From Entomortierella parvispora E1425 (lineage: Eukaryota > Fungi > Mortierellomycota), in the NCBI GenBank assembly GCA_020891255.1, contig BQFW01000002.1, forward strand, positions 248,001 through 312,000: 64,000 nt of DNA, read 5' to 3'. The notes beneath the pieces are model-generated. The model saw only the letters and a program-made list of their open reading frames with translations, ran no database searches and was not told where the DNA came from. This document shows positions 50,833 through 61,478 of this stretch, in pieces. A program made the translations under genes and the position numbers. The stretch's first letter is position 1, and the number at the start of each line of letters is the position of its first letter.

Positions 50833-52359
50833 CTGGTATTGAAGAACATGACATGTCGCCCCGAGGTCAAGGGTTAGAAGGGATCACTCTTCACGCAAGA
50901 AGAATGTAGAAATAACGAAAAAACAACAGAAAAAAAGAAAAAAAAATCGCGCAGCGGGGATGTGAGAGGAATCTCACTCTTGCAGGAGCTCAAAAAAAAA
51001 AAAAAAAAAAAAAAAGCACGGCAAGGCCATCCGAAGTTTGCCAAGAGAGAAAGAAGAGAAAAGCTGTGCCCTCTGGTCTCCAAAAAAAGAGTGATTCAAA
51101 CCCGGGTTCTTGCCCCGAACTCAGAGGTTTCTTGTGTCACCCAAGGATATTTGCTGCAGAGGGGGCGGGTTGTGCCATGAGAAACAGCTTCACCCCTTTT
51201 TCGCGTTCGATTCGCGCCGTTCTCGCGTGTCGCGGTGGAGCAACCAAAAACAAAGGGGCACGGTTAATATCTCTTCCCGGTGAGCTTGTAATCGCGGGTA
51301 GCAACCACCCAGTACGAGGCAGGCATGGATCCTTTATGGATCCACCCTTTCAGGACTTTCTATCAGGTTTACAGACTTTGAAGTCAGGTCAAGTCAGGTC
51401 CAAGCCGCGTCCATGGGACTGACAGTAGCAGAGCGGCACGTTCTTGAGCTCAAATTCTTTTCTCAATAACGTTTGCATCTCCTTTAACTACATACCATTC
51501 AGCTGAGAGGGCCGTGGGCACGACCCCTTGGATGAAAGAGGGGATGCCGACAAACCGGTATCTCATCCATGCTCATGTTTTTGGCTGTTGTAAACATGCC
51601 CAAGAGGAGGAAAGCAAGCATTGGCGCGCGCAAGAGAGGATTCCCACGCGTTGTGCGCGTGTTTACTCATGGTCGTGCAAAGGGTCAGGCGCTTGAGGAC
51701 GTCCTGGGGTCCGGCACAGACCGCGACCTCAGATGAGCCGGGCCATGTGGGCCATGTTTTTTTTTTTTTTTTTTTTTTTTTTTGGAACAGGACAATGGAA
51801 TGAAGAAAGGAGGGGGAGCCATTCGCCCAAAAGGAAAACTTGCATCGGCAAGTTTTGCCCGTTCTCAACATCAACAAAAAAGGGTTGCAATGGCGTCCCC
51901 AAACGATTGGGACCCTTTGACTTTACTTCTTTGGCGTGCTTGTGGAACCATGGGCTGACCCTTTTTTTTTCTTTTCTTCTTTTTTCTCATCGGAGGATGA
52001 CGGCCTGAAAGCTTGAGAGGCACGCAAATGACCAAGCTCCGAGGAGATGGATCCACAACTCAACGCCCCATCCCTTGCCCATCCATGCCTTTTCCCAACC
52101 AAGTTTCTCTCGATTGTATCGTTCAAGTTGCACAAAACTCAACGTGTTTTTTTTTCTCGCACTTTGTCATCTTGTTCGAAGCGTGTCAGCGTGTCGTGCG
52201 AACTGGGAGGTTTGGTCAGTCAATTAAATCCTTGAACCAAACCTTGAGTATCAAACAGGGCTCCTTTGTTAATTCTTCCAATTGCGAGTTTGAGAACTGG
52301 GTCACCGAGTCAGGAACAAAGTAATGTATATAAGGCAAATGTAGTTTTTTTTTTATTCC

Positions 52360-52612
52360 CTACGACTGGGGTTGGTGATTTAGGATGGTGAAAGACCAAT
52401 GGGTATCGTCCATGACTTTGCTGTGTGGGTGGGGTTCTGATCTCGCTCCAGCCTCAGATTTGAGGCAACCAACCCTGACAGGTTCGAATCAAAAGTCTTT
52501 TTTACTTGGGAACATCCTCGACGGAGCCGGGCTCGGGCTTGGGCTGGGCCGAGACGGTGGAGATGGCCAAGACGGCAATGAGGGCCAAAACGGAAGCGAT
52601 CTTGAAGTTCAT
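52360..52612 (-). CDS. Very small secreted peptide (about 55 aa, 2 exons), absent from the ORF track
   Basis: MNFKIASVLALIAVLAISTVSA signal peptide then QPKPEPGSVEDVP; intron 52505-52421 (GTAAAA..CAG); TATAAAAAG about 100 bp upstream. Confidence 0.6.
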
Positions 52613-53897
52613 TTTCGTGTGTAAGATTGGATGGATTGGAGATGTGAAATGGGAAGAGGAGTTTAGTGGAGAGGAAGAGGGAAGAGAGTGGCGTCTCTAC
52701 TTCTCGAGCAGTTCTTTTTATACTCTAAAGCCCGAAAGCGAAGCCAAAAAGCGAAGCCCTTTGCCATTGGGAAAAAAAAAGTTCTCAATCCTCCATCCTC
52801 CATCTGTCATCCGCCGCGCCGCCTATAGTCAACCTATCTTTTGCCTTTTTTTAAAAAAAACTTGACTTTTTTTTCTTTCTCTGGCGTGCTTGTGGAACCA
52901 TGAATCGGACGCCGCTACGTCAGATTGAAATGGTTGGACAAGCAAAGAACAGTCGGTTGAAAATAGCAAATATCTCTCGCGATCCGGTCCCTCCGCGCCC
53001 CCAGGCCCTTTTCTTTTTCAACCATCAAGAATCGAATGGACAAGTAGTGGGATAGAGGAAGGATTGTGATTCGACTGTGCTTTAACGTTTTGTTTCCTGG
53101 GCCGTGAAAAAAAAAGAGCGGCGTCCAGCCCGGTGTCAGCAGCAGTAGAACGAGCCGATAGAGAAGGAAGAGGATTGGGAAGAAAAGGTGAAAAGGCTCA
53201 TCAGCTCAAAACCTACTTTTGACTACCCTTCTTGAGCAGCAAGAGCACCGTTGGTCCACGTCCAGTTCGTGAGAAAAGAACAGAGATGTAGAACATCATT
53301 TTCAGTGGACATGAAAAAAAAAAAACAATCTGAAGACTGTCTGCCGACAGTATGCAGAGATCGATCAAGGCCTGCTTGGAACAGTGGCGCCGATTTTCTT
53401 ATAATTTGCTGTTTCTGCGTAATTCTGCGGGCTGTGCTCCGATGTGATCTGCAGGGCAAGATAACCACAGGTCAGGACGGCCAATGGAAGGCTTCGGAGA
53501 TAGCTGGAGGCGTCGAGGGAAACAAATTTAGACGGTGGCAAACGAGTCGTGGCAAAATGACGGGTGTAATAGAGGCGGGCTGAGCAAAGGAACATTGCCG
53601 CCGAGGAAGGGCCGTCCCACCCTGGCAATGGCTCAGTCTTTTCTCCTCGGAGCAGCAAAAACAAAATACAAGTCGCCGAGCTCTCTTTGAATCCTTGAAT
53701 TGAAGCAATCGGAGGTCAGGAACAGCACGTCAATTTGCCAGTTGTTCTATTCAAAAGCAGTATCCACTGGTCCTGAAGACTGGGAAGGATAGTTCTACCT
53801 TTGATATCGTGTCAGTTGACCCGAAGGTGCGGTGATAAACATTAATCTCCATCCAGTTACTCGGGCGTGTTTTTGACCAAGAGTCCATGTGAATTTA

Positions 53898-54362
53898 TTT
53901 TGAATCCGGACAGAATCAGTTTGTTCTTCATCCGGATTCCAAAAGTACGACTAATTTAATCGGGCTCGCACTCCGCAGGGCCCGTTGAATCCGGACAGAA
54001 TCAGCATGTTTTCATCCGGATTTCAAAACTACGAGTAATTTAATCAGAATAAAAGCTCTCACACTTGACATGCGGTGTTTACCGTGTTTTTTGAATCCGG
54101 ACAGAATCAGCATGTTTTCATCCGGATTCCAAAAGTACGAGTAATTTAATCAGAATAAAAGCTCTCACGCTTGACATGCGGTGCTCACTGTGTTTTTTGA
54201 ATCCGGACAGAATCAGCATGTTTTCATCCGGATTTCAAAAGTACGAGTAATTTAATCAGAATAAAAGCTCTCACACTTGACATGCGGTGCTCACCGTGTT
54301 TTTTGAATCCGGACAGAATCAGCATGTTTTCATCCGGATTCCAAAAGTACGAGTAATTTAAT
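53898..54362. repeat. Tandem array of five ~60-bp palindromic cores, period 106 bp (first spacing 85 bp)
   Basis: GAATCCGGA..TCCGGATTY cores at 53902, 53987, 54093, 54199 and 54305; three near-identical 46-bp linkers and one unrelated 24-bp GC-rich hairpin linker. Confidence 0.95.
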
Positions 54363-54681
54363 AATATTATACGCTACGGCCTTCGCTTTTTTCGACATGA
54401 TCATTTCGGCATCGTGTCTTTTCGCGCTTCGCTTGAGTGATTCTGTTTGGATTCATAAAAGTTCACGCTGCCAAACAATCTACCTTCATCATTGGAGTCA
54501 ATTGCTGTTTTTTTAAAAAAAAGAACAAATATTTCCCAACTCTCAAGTCTGTCTTCTAGATTGTCGCGTGCTTCAAGAGTAAAGAGATGACGGTTGACTG
54601 AGATGAGAAGGAAAGGAGGGCATATTTTGAAAGGACTATGGTACAATTTTATTGAATGAATATACGCGGAGATCCATCGAT

Positions 54682-55251
54682 TTAGAACATGGCGGCAGCA
54701 GCGACCACGGCAAGAGCAACAGCAGCGATAGCACCTCCATTGGATTTCTGTGCGACGCCTGCGACGCCATTTTTTTGAGCATTAGAACCGCTGGGTCCAG
54801 AATTGCCACCAGAAAGTCCAGGGGAGGGCATGGGGAAATTGTTTGCAAGGCAAGTCTGAGGCTCGAGAAGGACCAGACCCGAAGATATGTAGTTGACGAA
54901 CGCTTGACTGCAGAGCGAAGCAGAGACACAGCCCTGGGACCAGGTGCTAGAGGACGTCTTGGCCCAGGTGCAAAAGCACTTCTTCTCCACGTCCGTCAAC
55001 TGAGAGATGGATGTCGCTCCCTGAGTCAGTGGGATGTTGTGGCAGTCCGGAATGTTGTTGACGTTGGTGTCCAAACAGGCATCGCAGGCCGCAGAGTGAT
55101 CAGGAGCGACTGCGAAGGAATAGCCGAGAGGCTTTGATGAGCCACCCAGTGACTGCAAAGTCTGGAAGATGTTGGACGTAGGCTGCGCTGTGACCATGCT
55201 TGAGGAGGCGAATGCCATGATGGCCAATGCAGAGGAGGTTTTGATCATCAT
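54682..55251 (-). CDS. 8-Cys secreted, probably GPI-anchored protein, paralog B (189 aa)
   Basis: Signal peptide MMIKTSSALAIMAFASSSMVTA; C-x2-C-x10-C-x21-CxC-x13-C-x5-C-x19-C; Gly/Ser linker; C-terminal GAIAAVALAVVAAAAMF. Confidence 0.88.
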   Translation of the reverse strand: MMIKTSSALAIMAFASSSMVTAQPTSNIFQTLQSLGGSSKPLGYSFAVAPDHSAACDACLDTNVNNIPDCHNIPLTQGATSISQLTDVEKKCFCTWAKTSSSTWSQGCVSASLCSQAFVNYISSGLVLLEPQTCLANNFPMPSPGLSGGNSGPSGSNAQKNGVAGVAQKSNGGAIAAVALAVVAAAAMF

Positions 55252-55978
55252 AGCGATTTCTTGTATAGTAAACTGGAGAGGAGAGGGATAGCGAAGAGAA
55301 GAGCGAAGAGAACGTGGAGTGTTTGGGTTTTTTTGATACCAAAAGCTGAAAGCGACAAGGGTATTTATGGTTATCCCACGCACGTTTCATTAGAGCGCGT
55401 ACCTTTGTTTTTTGGGCTGTTGGAAGGCATCGTCGGTGCTCAGAGGGCGAAAAAAGAGGTTTTCAGAAATTTTCGACCCAGGTTTCTTCCTTGTGTGACT
55501 AGGGTGGTTTCGCCCTATGACGAAGGTCTGTCTTTATCGACTCTTCACCAAGCATTCTTCACCGAGCAGATGAGGATTTCCCGGTAAAAAAAGGCTCAAC
55601 TTGCTTGCTTGTTGATGTTGCTTGTGTCAACAAGCGAACAAGTGAGTGTTTTGTCTTGCCACAATCGCGTGGTGGTTCATCGATTCTTTTTTTTTTTTTT
55701 TTTTTGACTGTCAAAATAACATCTGCTGGGGCCACGGCTTTCACTCTTGAGAGAATTCTCTGGATTCTGTAATGAAGCCGACAAATACAATGGCCAATAG
55801 GATGTAGCTGCATCAATAATCGCTAGATAGAAAGGGCGTCACCTCACTAGCATGGCAAAGTTGGCTCAGGATGAAGAAATACCATTGTGACCAAAAATGA
55901 TCGATGAATCGACAGTGTTTATTGTGCGGATCCATTGACGACTTAAGTTACAACGAAACGCACCAGAGTGCGACACCT

Positions 55979-57316
55979 TCACTTTACCAGACTGATATTG
56001 ATCAGATCCGCTTGGTCAGGGGCAGTAGCACTATTGTTTTCTGTAGAGTCCTCCTTCATATCAGAGTCTTTTGAAGAGGTATCTCTCGAGTCTGATTCCA
56101 TGACTGCAGGTAATGCCGTAACTGCCTCCGTCTCCGTTTCTATCACAGCTGGTACCACGTCCACGACCAAATCGTCCGCTTCGATATCCATGCTCATGCT
56201 GACATCGCCCAGCGCCTCCTCTTCTGCTACAGCCTGTGCCTTCTCCTTTGCTAGACGTAATGATTCATCTACTTGAGCTGTCCTCGTCTGATCTGGCGAG
56301 TCGGTAATAGCGCCTCGAGCGGCGATATTGTTGCGTCGATCAATTATACGCTGATCCTTCGCCTTTTGTTCTTCCAGTTTTTGACGCAAGGTCTCATTCA
56401 AGACTTTAGGCATATATCTCAGACGTGGGCGTGTCTCTGTAAACAAATAGTCGCCTTCCCATTTCGCCCTATTGTTCTGCTGATGCCTTTGGTTCCATGG
56501 ACTCTGGCGATCCAATGGACCAGCCCTTCCTGGTGCAGATGCGATGGGTCGAGAGATTCCGAGGGCTCGCTGCTGCTGACGTTCCTCCAGGGTCTGCTGA
56601 CGAATCTTTTCATGGATCTCATGCTCCCTCCGCAGCTTTTCTCGGACGCGTTCCTGAACAGCCTCTCTCGAAGCCAATCCTGCAGCACCATTTAATACTT
56701 TGGGCCGTGAATCGGAATCTGTTGTCGAAGCCAAAGCATCTGCAGAGACGGGTGTTGGCTTGGGCTGTTCCTTTTTGAACTGAGTCAAGGTACCGAGGAT
56801 CATGCCCATCATCCGCCGACCACGCTTGGCATCCTCGGGTGCCACGGATGTCCGGAGGCGTTTGTTGCTTCTGTCATCGACCTCTGCCGTCTCTGATTTT
56901 TCGGTTTTATCCGAGGGCCGAGCGGACGAAACCTCGCCTGCGGGGTCAGTCGCTGTTGCTGTGGATGATGTGCCCTCGTTCTCTGCACCGTTGGTGGCGG
57001 TTGAGTTTCCTTGAGGACGCCGCCGAGGTTCATGATCATCTGTGGTGTCCATGTCCTTGGCGCTTCCTGAGCTGCCGAGACGAGTGTGGTCGAACGATCG
57101 CTTTGTTCCTGAGGTCGCGTGGACAGCTGGTGACTCGGGGAGGACGATTGTGGAGGAAACGATTCTATTAGATTTAGGAAGCAGAGGGAATTAAAAAAAA
57201 AAAAAAGGGCCATGGACATTGAGTTAGCTGCCTTGTTTGTAAACATCGATATTGAATGAGCACGAGAGTCGTTTTCCGAAAAGGTCCAGCAGTGAGGCGC
57301 ACCTGTTGTTCGCCAT
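55979..57316 (-). CDS. Pinin/SDK/memA family protein (EJC/splicing-associated)
   Basis: KRGRRMMGMILGTLTQFKKE and YLFTETRPRLRYMP pinin motifs; 14-nt first exon 57316-57303 spliced to 57164 gives MANNRIVSSTIVLPE. Confidence 0.85.
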
Positions 57317-57653
57317 TGTCGTTATGGGCGTGGGCCTTGCACGGGGAAGAGAGAGAGAGGAGAGAGGGAGGCGTTGAATGTGGAAGGATTGATGTTCATG
57401 ATCTTTCGAAAGGTGTGGGTGCGAAAGAGACCAGGGCGAGGATTAAGGGTCTATCTGCACGTGACTGAGAGAGACTTCCTCTTCCCGCCAAGCCTGCGGT
57501 CTACTGGTCAGGCGGGGAAAGACTTGGTGCGCATGCACATGGACATGCTGCCATGGTCAGTCGACCTTTTTTTCTCTTTTCCTCTTCCTCCTGTTCTTCA
57601 TTCTCCCTCCCCCCTTCTCTCGCTTTTACCTTATCCCCTTCACATAGACCACA

Positions 57654-59598
57654 ATGGGTGCTGCCCTAAGTTGCATCGCCCTGCCCGCCTTGGGCGGCGT
57701 CGGATCCATCCTCGCCTCTTGCTTCTCCGCTGCTGCATGCTCACTCGCTTGTCGTTCATGCAACTGCAACAACTCGATTGCTACAAGAGTCGGATACGCC
57801 GTACGAACCCCTATCTGAAGGATATTTGATTGCTGTCATGGAGGACTGTTTGTCTACTCCTGTTACTAACCGCTTGCTGTTTTTTCTCGTTGCTGAATTA
57901 GCTTATCATGCTAGTCAACTCACTTGTAAGGACTTTACTTTTTTTCGTCTCTCGACCTTGGTCTCCTAGTTCTTACCAGCAACACGAGTTTTGTCTTCTA
58001 ACACGCCTTGGTTTCTACATTATCTAGATTGCTTGGACTCTGCTCTCGGATTGGGCTTCAAAACAGCTCGAGAATATCACGCACGGCTACCTTAAACTCA
58101 ACTGCAAGGATTCTTCCTGCTACGGAAGCTTGGGAGTAAGCGCAGATGGTCGCTAACGGACGTTCATGCCACATCAGGCCTTCTTATACGTGGACTGCGT
58201 GGACTGCGTGGACTGCGAAGAGGGCATCAGGACTGACTCTTTCGCTTCTGTTTTACTTAGGTCCAAAGGGTCGGATTCGCTCTAGCACTGTTCCATTTCA
58301 TTCTTGGCGCCTTGTTGATTGGTGTCCATGACTCTCGCTCCAAGCGCGCTGCCATCCAGAACGGGTATGGAGCCAGTGTTTATAGATCTGTCACTTGGAC
58401 CATGAGGTGAAATGCTCAAAAAATGTGGTTTTCTGACATCATTTTTTCATATATATCGAAATAGATGGTGGGGACCTAAAGTTATTGTCTGGATGGCGTT
58501 GGTGGTCGCTTCATTCTTCATTCCCACTGGATTCTTCATGTTCTACGGAAACTACGTGGCTCTGATAGGAGCGGGCGTCTTTATTCTCTTTGGATTGATT
58601 CTTCTCGTCGATTTTGCACATACCTGGAGCGAGAGCTGCATTGCCAAATGGGAGCAATCCGACACCAACAAGTGGCAATTCATTCTCGTGGGATCGACCT
58701 TGATCATGTACATTGGAGCTGTGATCCTGACTGGAATCATGTACGGCTATTTTGCGGGCAGCGGATGCGGGATGAACATTTTCTGGATCACCTTCAACCT
58801 CGTCTTGGCTATTGCCGTCACCGTCATTGGAATTTTGCCCGCAGTTCAGGAGGCCAACCCGAGATCTGGATTGGCTCAGTCTTCGATGGTCGTTATTTAT
58901 TGCGCCTACCTTGTGATGAGCGCTGTCGCCAACGAGCCCAATGACGAGAGGGACTGCAACCCGTTGAGCAAAGCCAGAGGCACCAGGACCACTACAGTGT
59001 TGATGGGTGCCGTCTTTACATTCTTGGCCGTTGCTTACTCGACTTCGAGAGCTGCTACCCAGGGTGGAAAGGCTGGTATCAACCAGGGTGACTATGCACC
59101 ACTCAACTCGGACTCTGCTGTGCCACTGATCAGTAGTCCTCCTAATGGCTCATCCATGCGCCGGTCAGATGCTCTTCTTGCTGCTGTCGAGAGCGGGTAA
59201 GTTATTTTTATTGTTGGCATTCTGTTGTAACATTGGACTTTGATCATATCTGATTCTTGTATATTTTTTTTTATAGTGCCTTGCCTGTTTCTGCATTGGA
59301 CGAGGATGATGACGATGACGATGCGGAGTACGACACTAAAGACGACGAGAAGAATGGATGCCAGTACAACTACACATTCTTCCACCTTGTGTTTGCACTT
59401 GCCGCCATGTACATCTCCATGGTTTTGACCAACTGGAACACATATCAAACAGAGGAGGGCAGTGATCATCTCATCTATATTGGCCAGAGCTGGCCTGCAG
59501 TCTGGGTCAAGGTCGTCTCTTCCTGGATCTGCTACGGACTCTATGGATTCTCACTTCTTGCTCCAGTTTTGTTCCCTGACCGCTTCCTGGACTATTAA
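57654..59598 (+). CDS. TMS1: Serine incorporator / TMS1 membrane protein (SERINC family)
   Basis: MGAALSC..CSLACRSCNCNNSIATRVGYA, WWGPK, LVDFAHTWSE, GLAQSSMV..AYL, YNYTFFHLVFALA, WVKVVSSWICYGLY. Confidence 0.95.
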
Positions 59599-59809
59599 TT
59601 TCTTTTTCCAACTAGAATAAAGTATCGTTATCTATCCGTCAAAGACCTTTTTTTTGTTTGAATGTATCGCAATTATGAGGAGGGGATGCCATCGGGTTTC
59701 GCTCATCTGCGATAGTCCTTCTCTGCTTTTGTGATATCTACCCTTCAAACTTCTTTCTCAATTACCGCAATGGGTTTATGAATTAGAACCAGGGAACATG
59801 ACCGACGTG

Positions 59810-61230
59810 GTGTTGTCTGTATATCCTATCCTTGGGACCTGTTCTACCCGATTTTGAACTGACACGGGCAGCTATATAGCTGCTGCTGCAGGTACATGGT
59901 GAGAGAGAGGGACTGAGCGCAAAAAGGGGCAGGGGAGCCCAATAAGGTTTGTTGCTCAACTGAAAAATCGGTGGATAGCAGTGGAAATCGGTAGCGGCCA
60001 CTGAAAAAGTCGGTTGACAACCTGAATGTCGGTTGACATACAGTAGAGTTTGAAAACGGTGGGGGTCAGTGCAAAGTCGGTAGAAAACGATGGAAACCGG
60101 TGGGACATCAGTAGACAACCCATAAATGTCGGTAGAAAACGATGAAAATCGATAGAAAATCGGTGGACACTCAGTAGAAAACGATAAACATCAGTGGGAA
60201 AAACGGTGGGCATGTTCAGTAGTTTTATCGGTCTTTCGCGTGAAGGGAGCAATGAGTGAAACCCCAGAAATCGATTTCTCGATGAATACGCGGCTGGAGT
60301 TGCGCTGCCAAAAAAAAGGCACGTTTCTCTGTCCCTCTCCTCTTCCTTTCGCACTCCCAGCTCTCATATCAACAAATATAACAGAAGAAAACCTCGCCAC
60401 AGTCATCACCACCACCACTTCCTCACCGACTCCCCGTCCAGACCATGTCGTTCAAACCTCTGTATTAAGTGTTGCAGAAGACTTCGAAGAAGAGCCTTTG
60501 ACATGGACACACACAACCCAGGGCTCACCGCTCTAGAGGACATGCTGGTGGAAAGCAGGCGCTCGGAGTACCTGGACATACACCGCAGCACCTTTGGCTT
60601 CAATTCGAGCAACAGTTCCAGCAATTGTACCAGTGGCACCAGCAGCACTGCGAAGGGTGGAGAAGAAAGACTTGAAATACACGTAAAATAATGAGAAATC
60701 ACCGCAGACATCGTTTACTTTGATTTTTCTCTTGCACTGCTGCACCCATTGCCCAAAAGCACCCTTCACCACGAAAAACCGATCCTCCAGAAAACCGATT
60801 TCTTAAAACTGAGCTCGGATATTGTCTACATATCGTGTCGTGTCCTTGGGACTTGTTCCATCCATTTTGCACTGATGGAAACAAGCAGCAGCAGCTTCAG
60901 GATCAAGAAGGGACTGAGCGCACAAAAGAACCCAATAAGGTTTTGTTGCTCTACTGAAAAATCAGTCAAAAATCGGTGGATGGCAGTAGAAATCGGTAGC
61001 GGCCATTGAAAAAATCGGTTGACAACCTGAATATCGGAGGACACATACAGTAGTTTGAAAGCGGTGAGTGGCAGTGAAAAATCGGTGGATGTCAGTAGAT
61101 GTCGGTAGAAAACAATGAAAATCGGTGGATGTCAGTAGATGTCGGTAGAAAACGATGAAAATCGGTGGAAAATCGGTGAACATCGGTGAACATCGGTGAA
61201 GACGATGGATGTCAGCAGAAACATCAATGG
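59810..61230. repeat. Diverged direct duplication (about 59810-60230 and 60820-61230) rich in ~10-bp ATCRGTRG subrepeats
   Basis: Shared blocks gggactgagcgca, cccaataaggttt, aaatcggtagcggcca, cggttgacaacctgaat and cggtagaaaacgatgaaaatcg, about 1 kb apart. Confidence 0.85.
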
Positions 61231-61478
61231 CTATCGTGCCTCTTTCATCACCTCTCTTCAAAACGTTGTATGTAGCCAATGCCATTGCAGGTTCATCATC
61301 ATTGGGAACAGTTTTAAGTTCTTGGTTTTATTCAGAAGTACAGATTGGTAAAACAAATCGAGATAGATAGCGATAGAACCCACAAACACACCTAGCTACA
61401 AGTACACCCCCCCCCCCCCTCACCGCTCGCAAATCTCCCTCACTCCCCTCGTTTCTCCTCAGCGTTTAATGTCTAGTT

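Noticed and set aside
50978-51030. In-frame MALPCFFFFFFFFELLQD first exon for 8-Cys paralog A
   Set aside because: The apparent hydrophobic leader comes from a T24 homopolymer, whose length is unreliable and which is common in non-coding DNA here.
52481-52490. GGTTCGAATC tRNA B-box/T-loop motif
   Set aside because: The flanks cannot form a T stem or cloverleaf, and the motif lies within a predicted intron on the other strand.
54066-54283. TTGACA (bacterial -35 box) in each 46-bp linker
   Set aside because: There is no -10 element at the right spacing and no bacterial-type gene nearby; it does not support horizontal transfer.
53898-54362. CRISPR-like appearance (palindromic repeat plus spacers)
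   Set aside because: Three of the four spacers are near-identical, the core is about 60 bp, there are no cas genes, and the context is eukaryotic. Called a tandem repeat.
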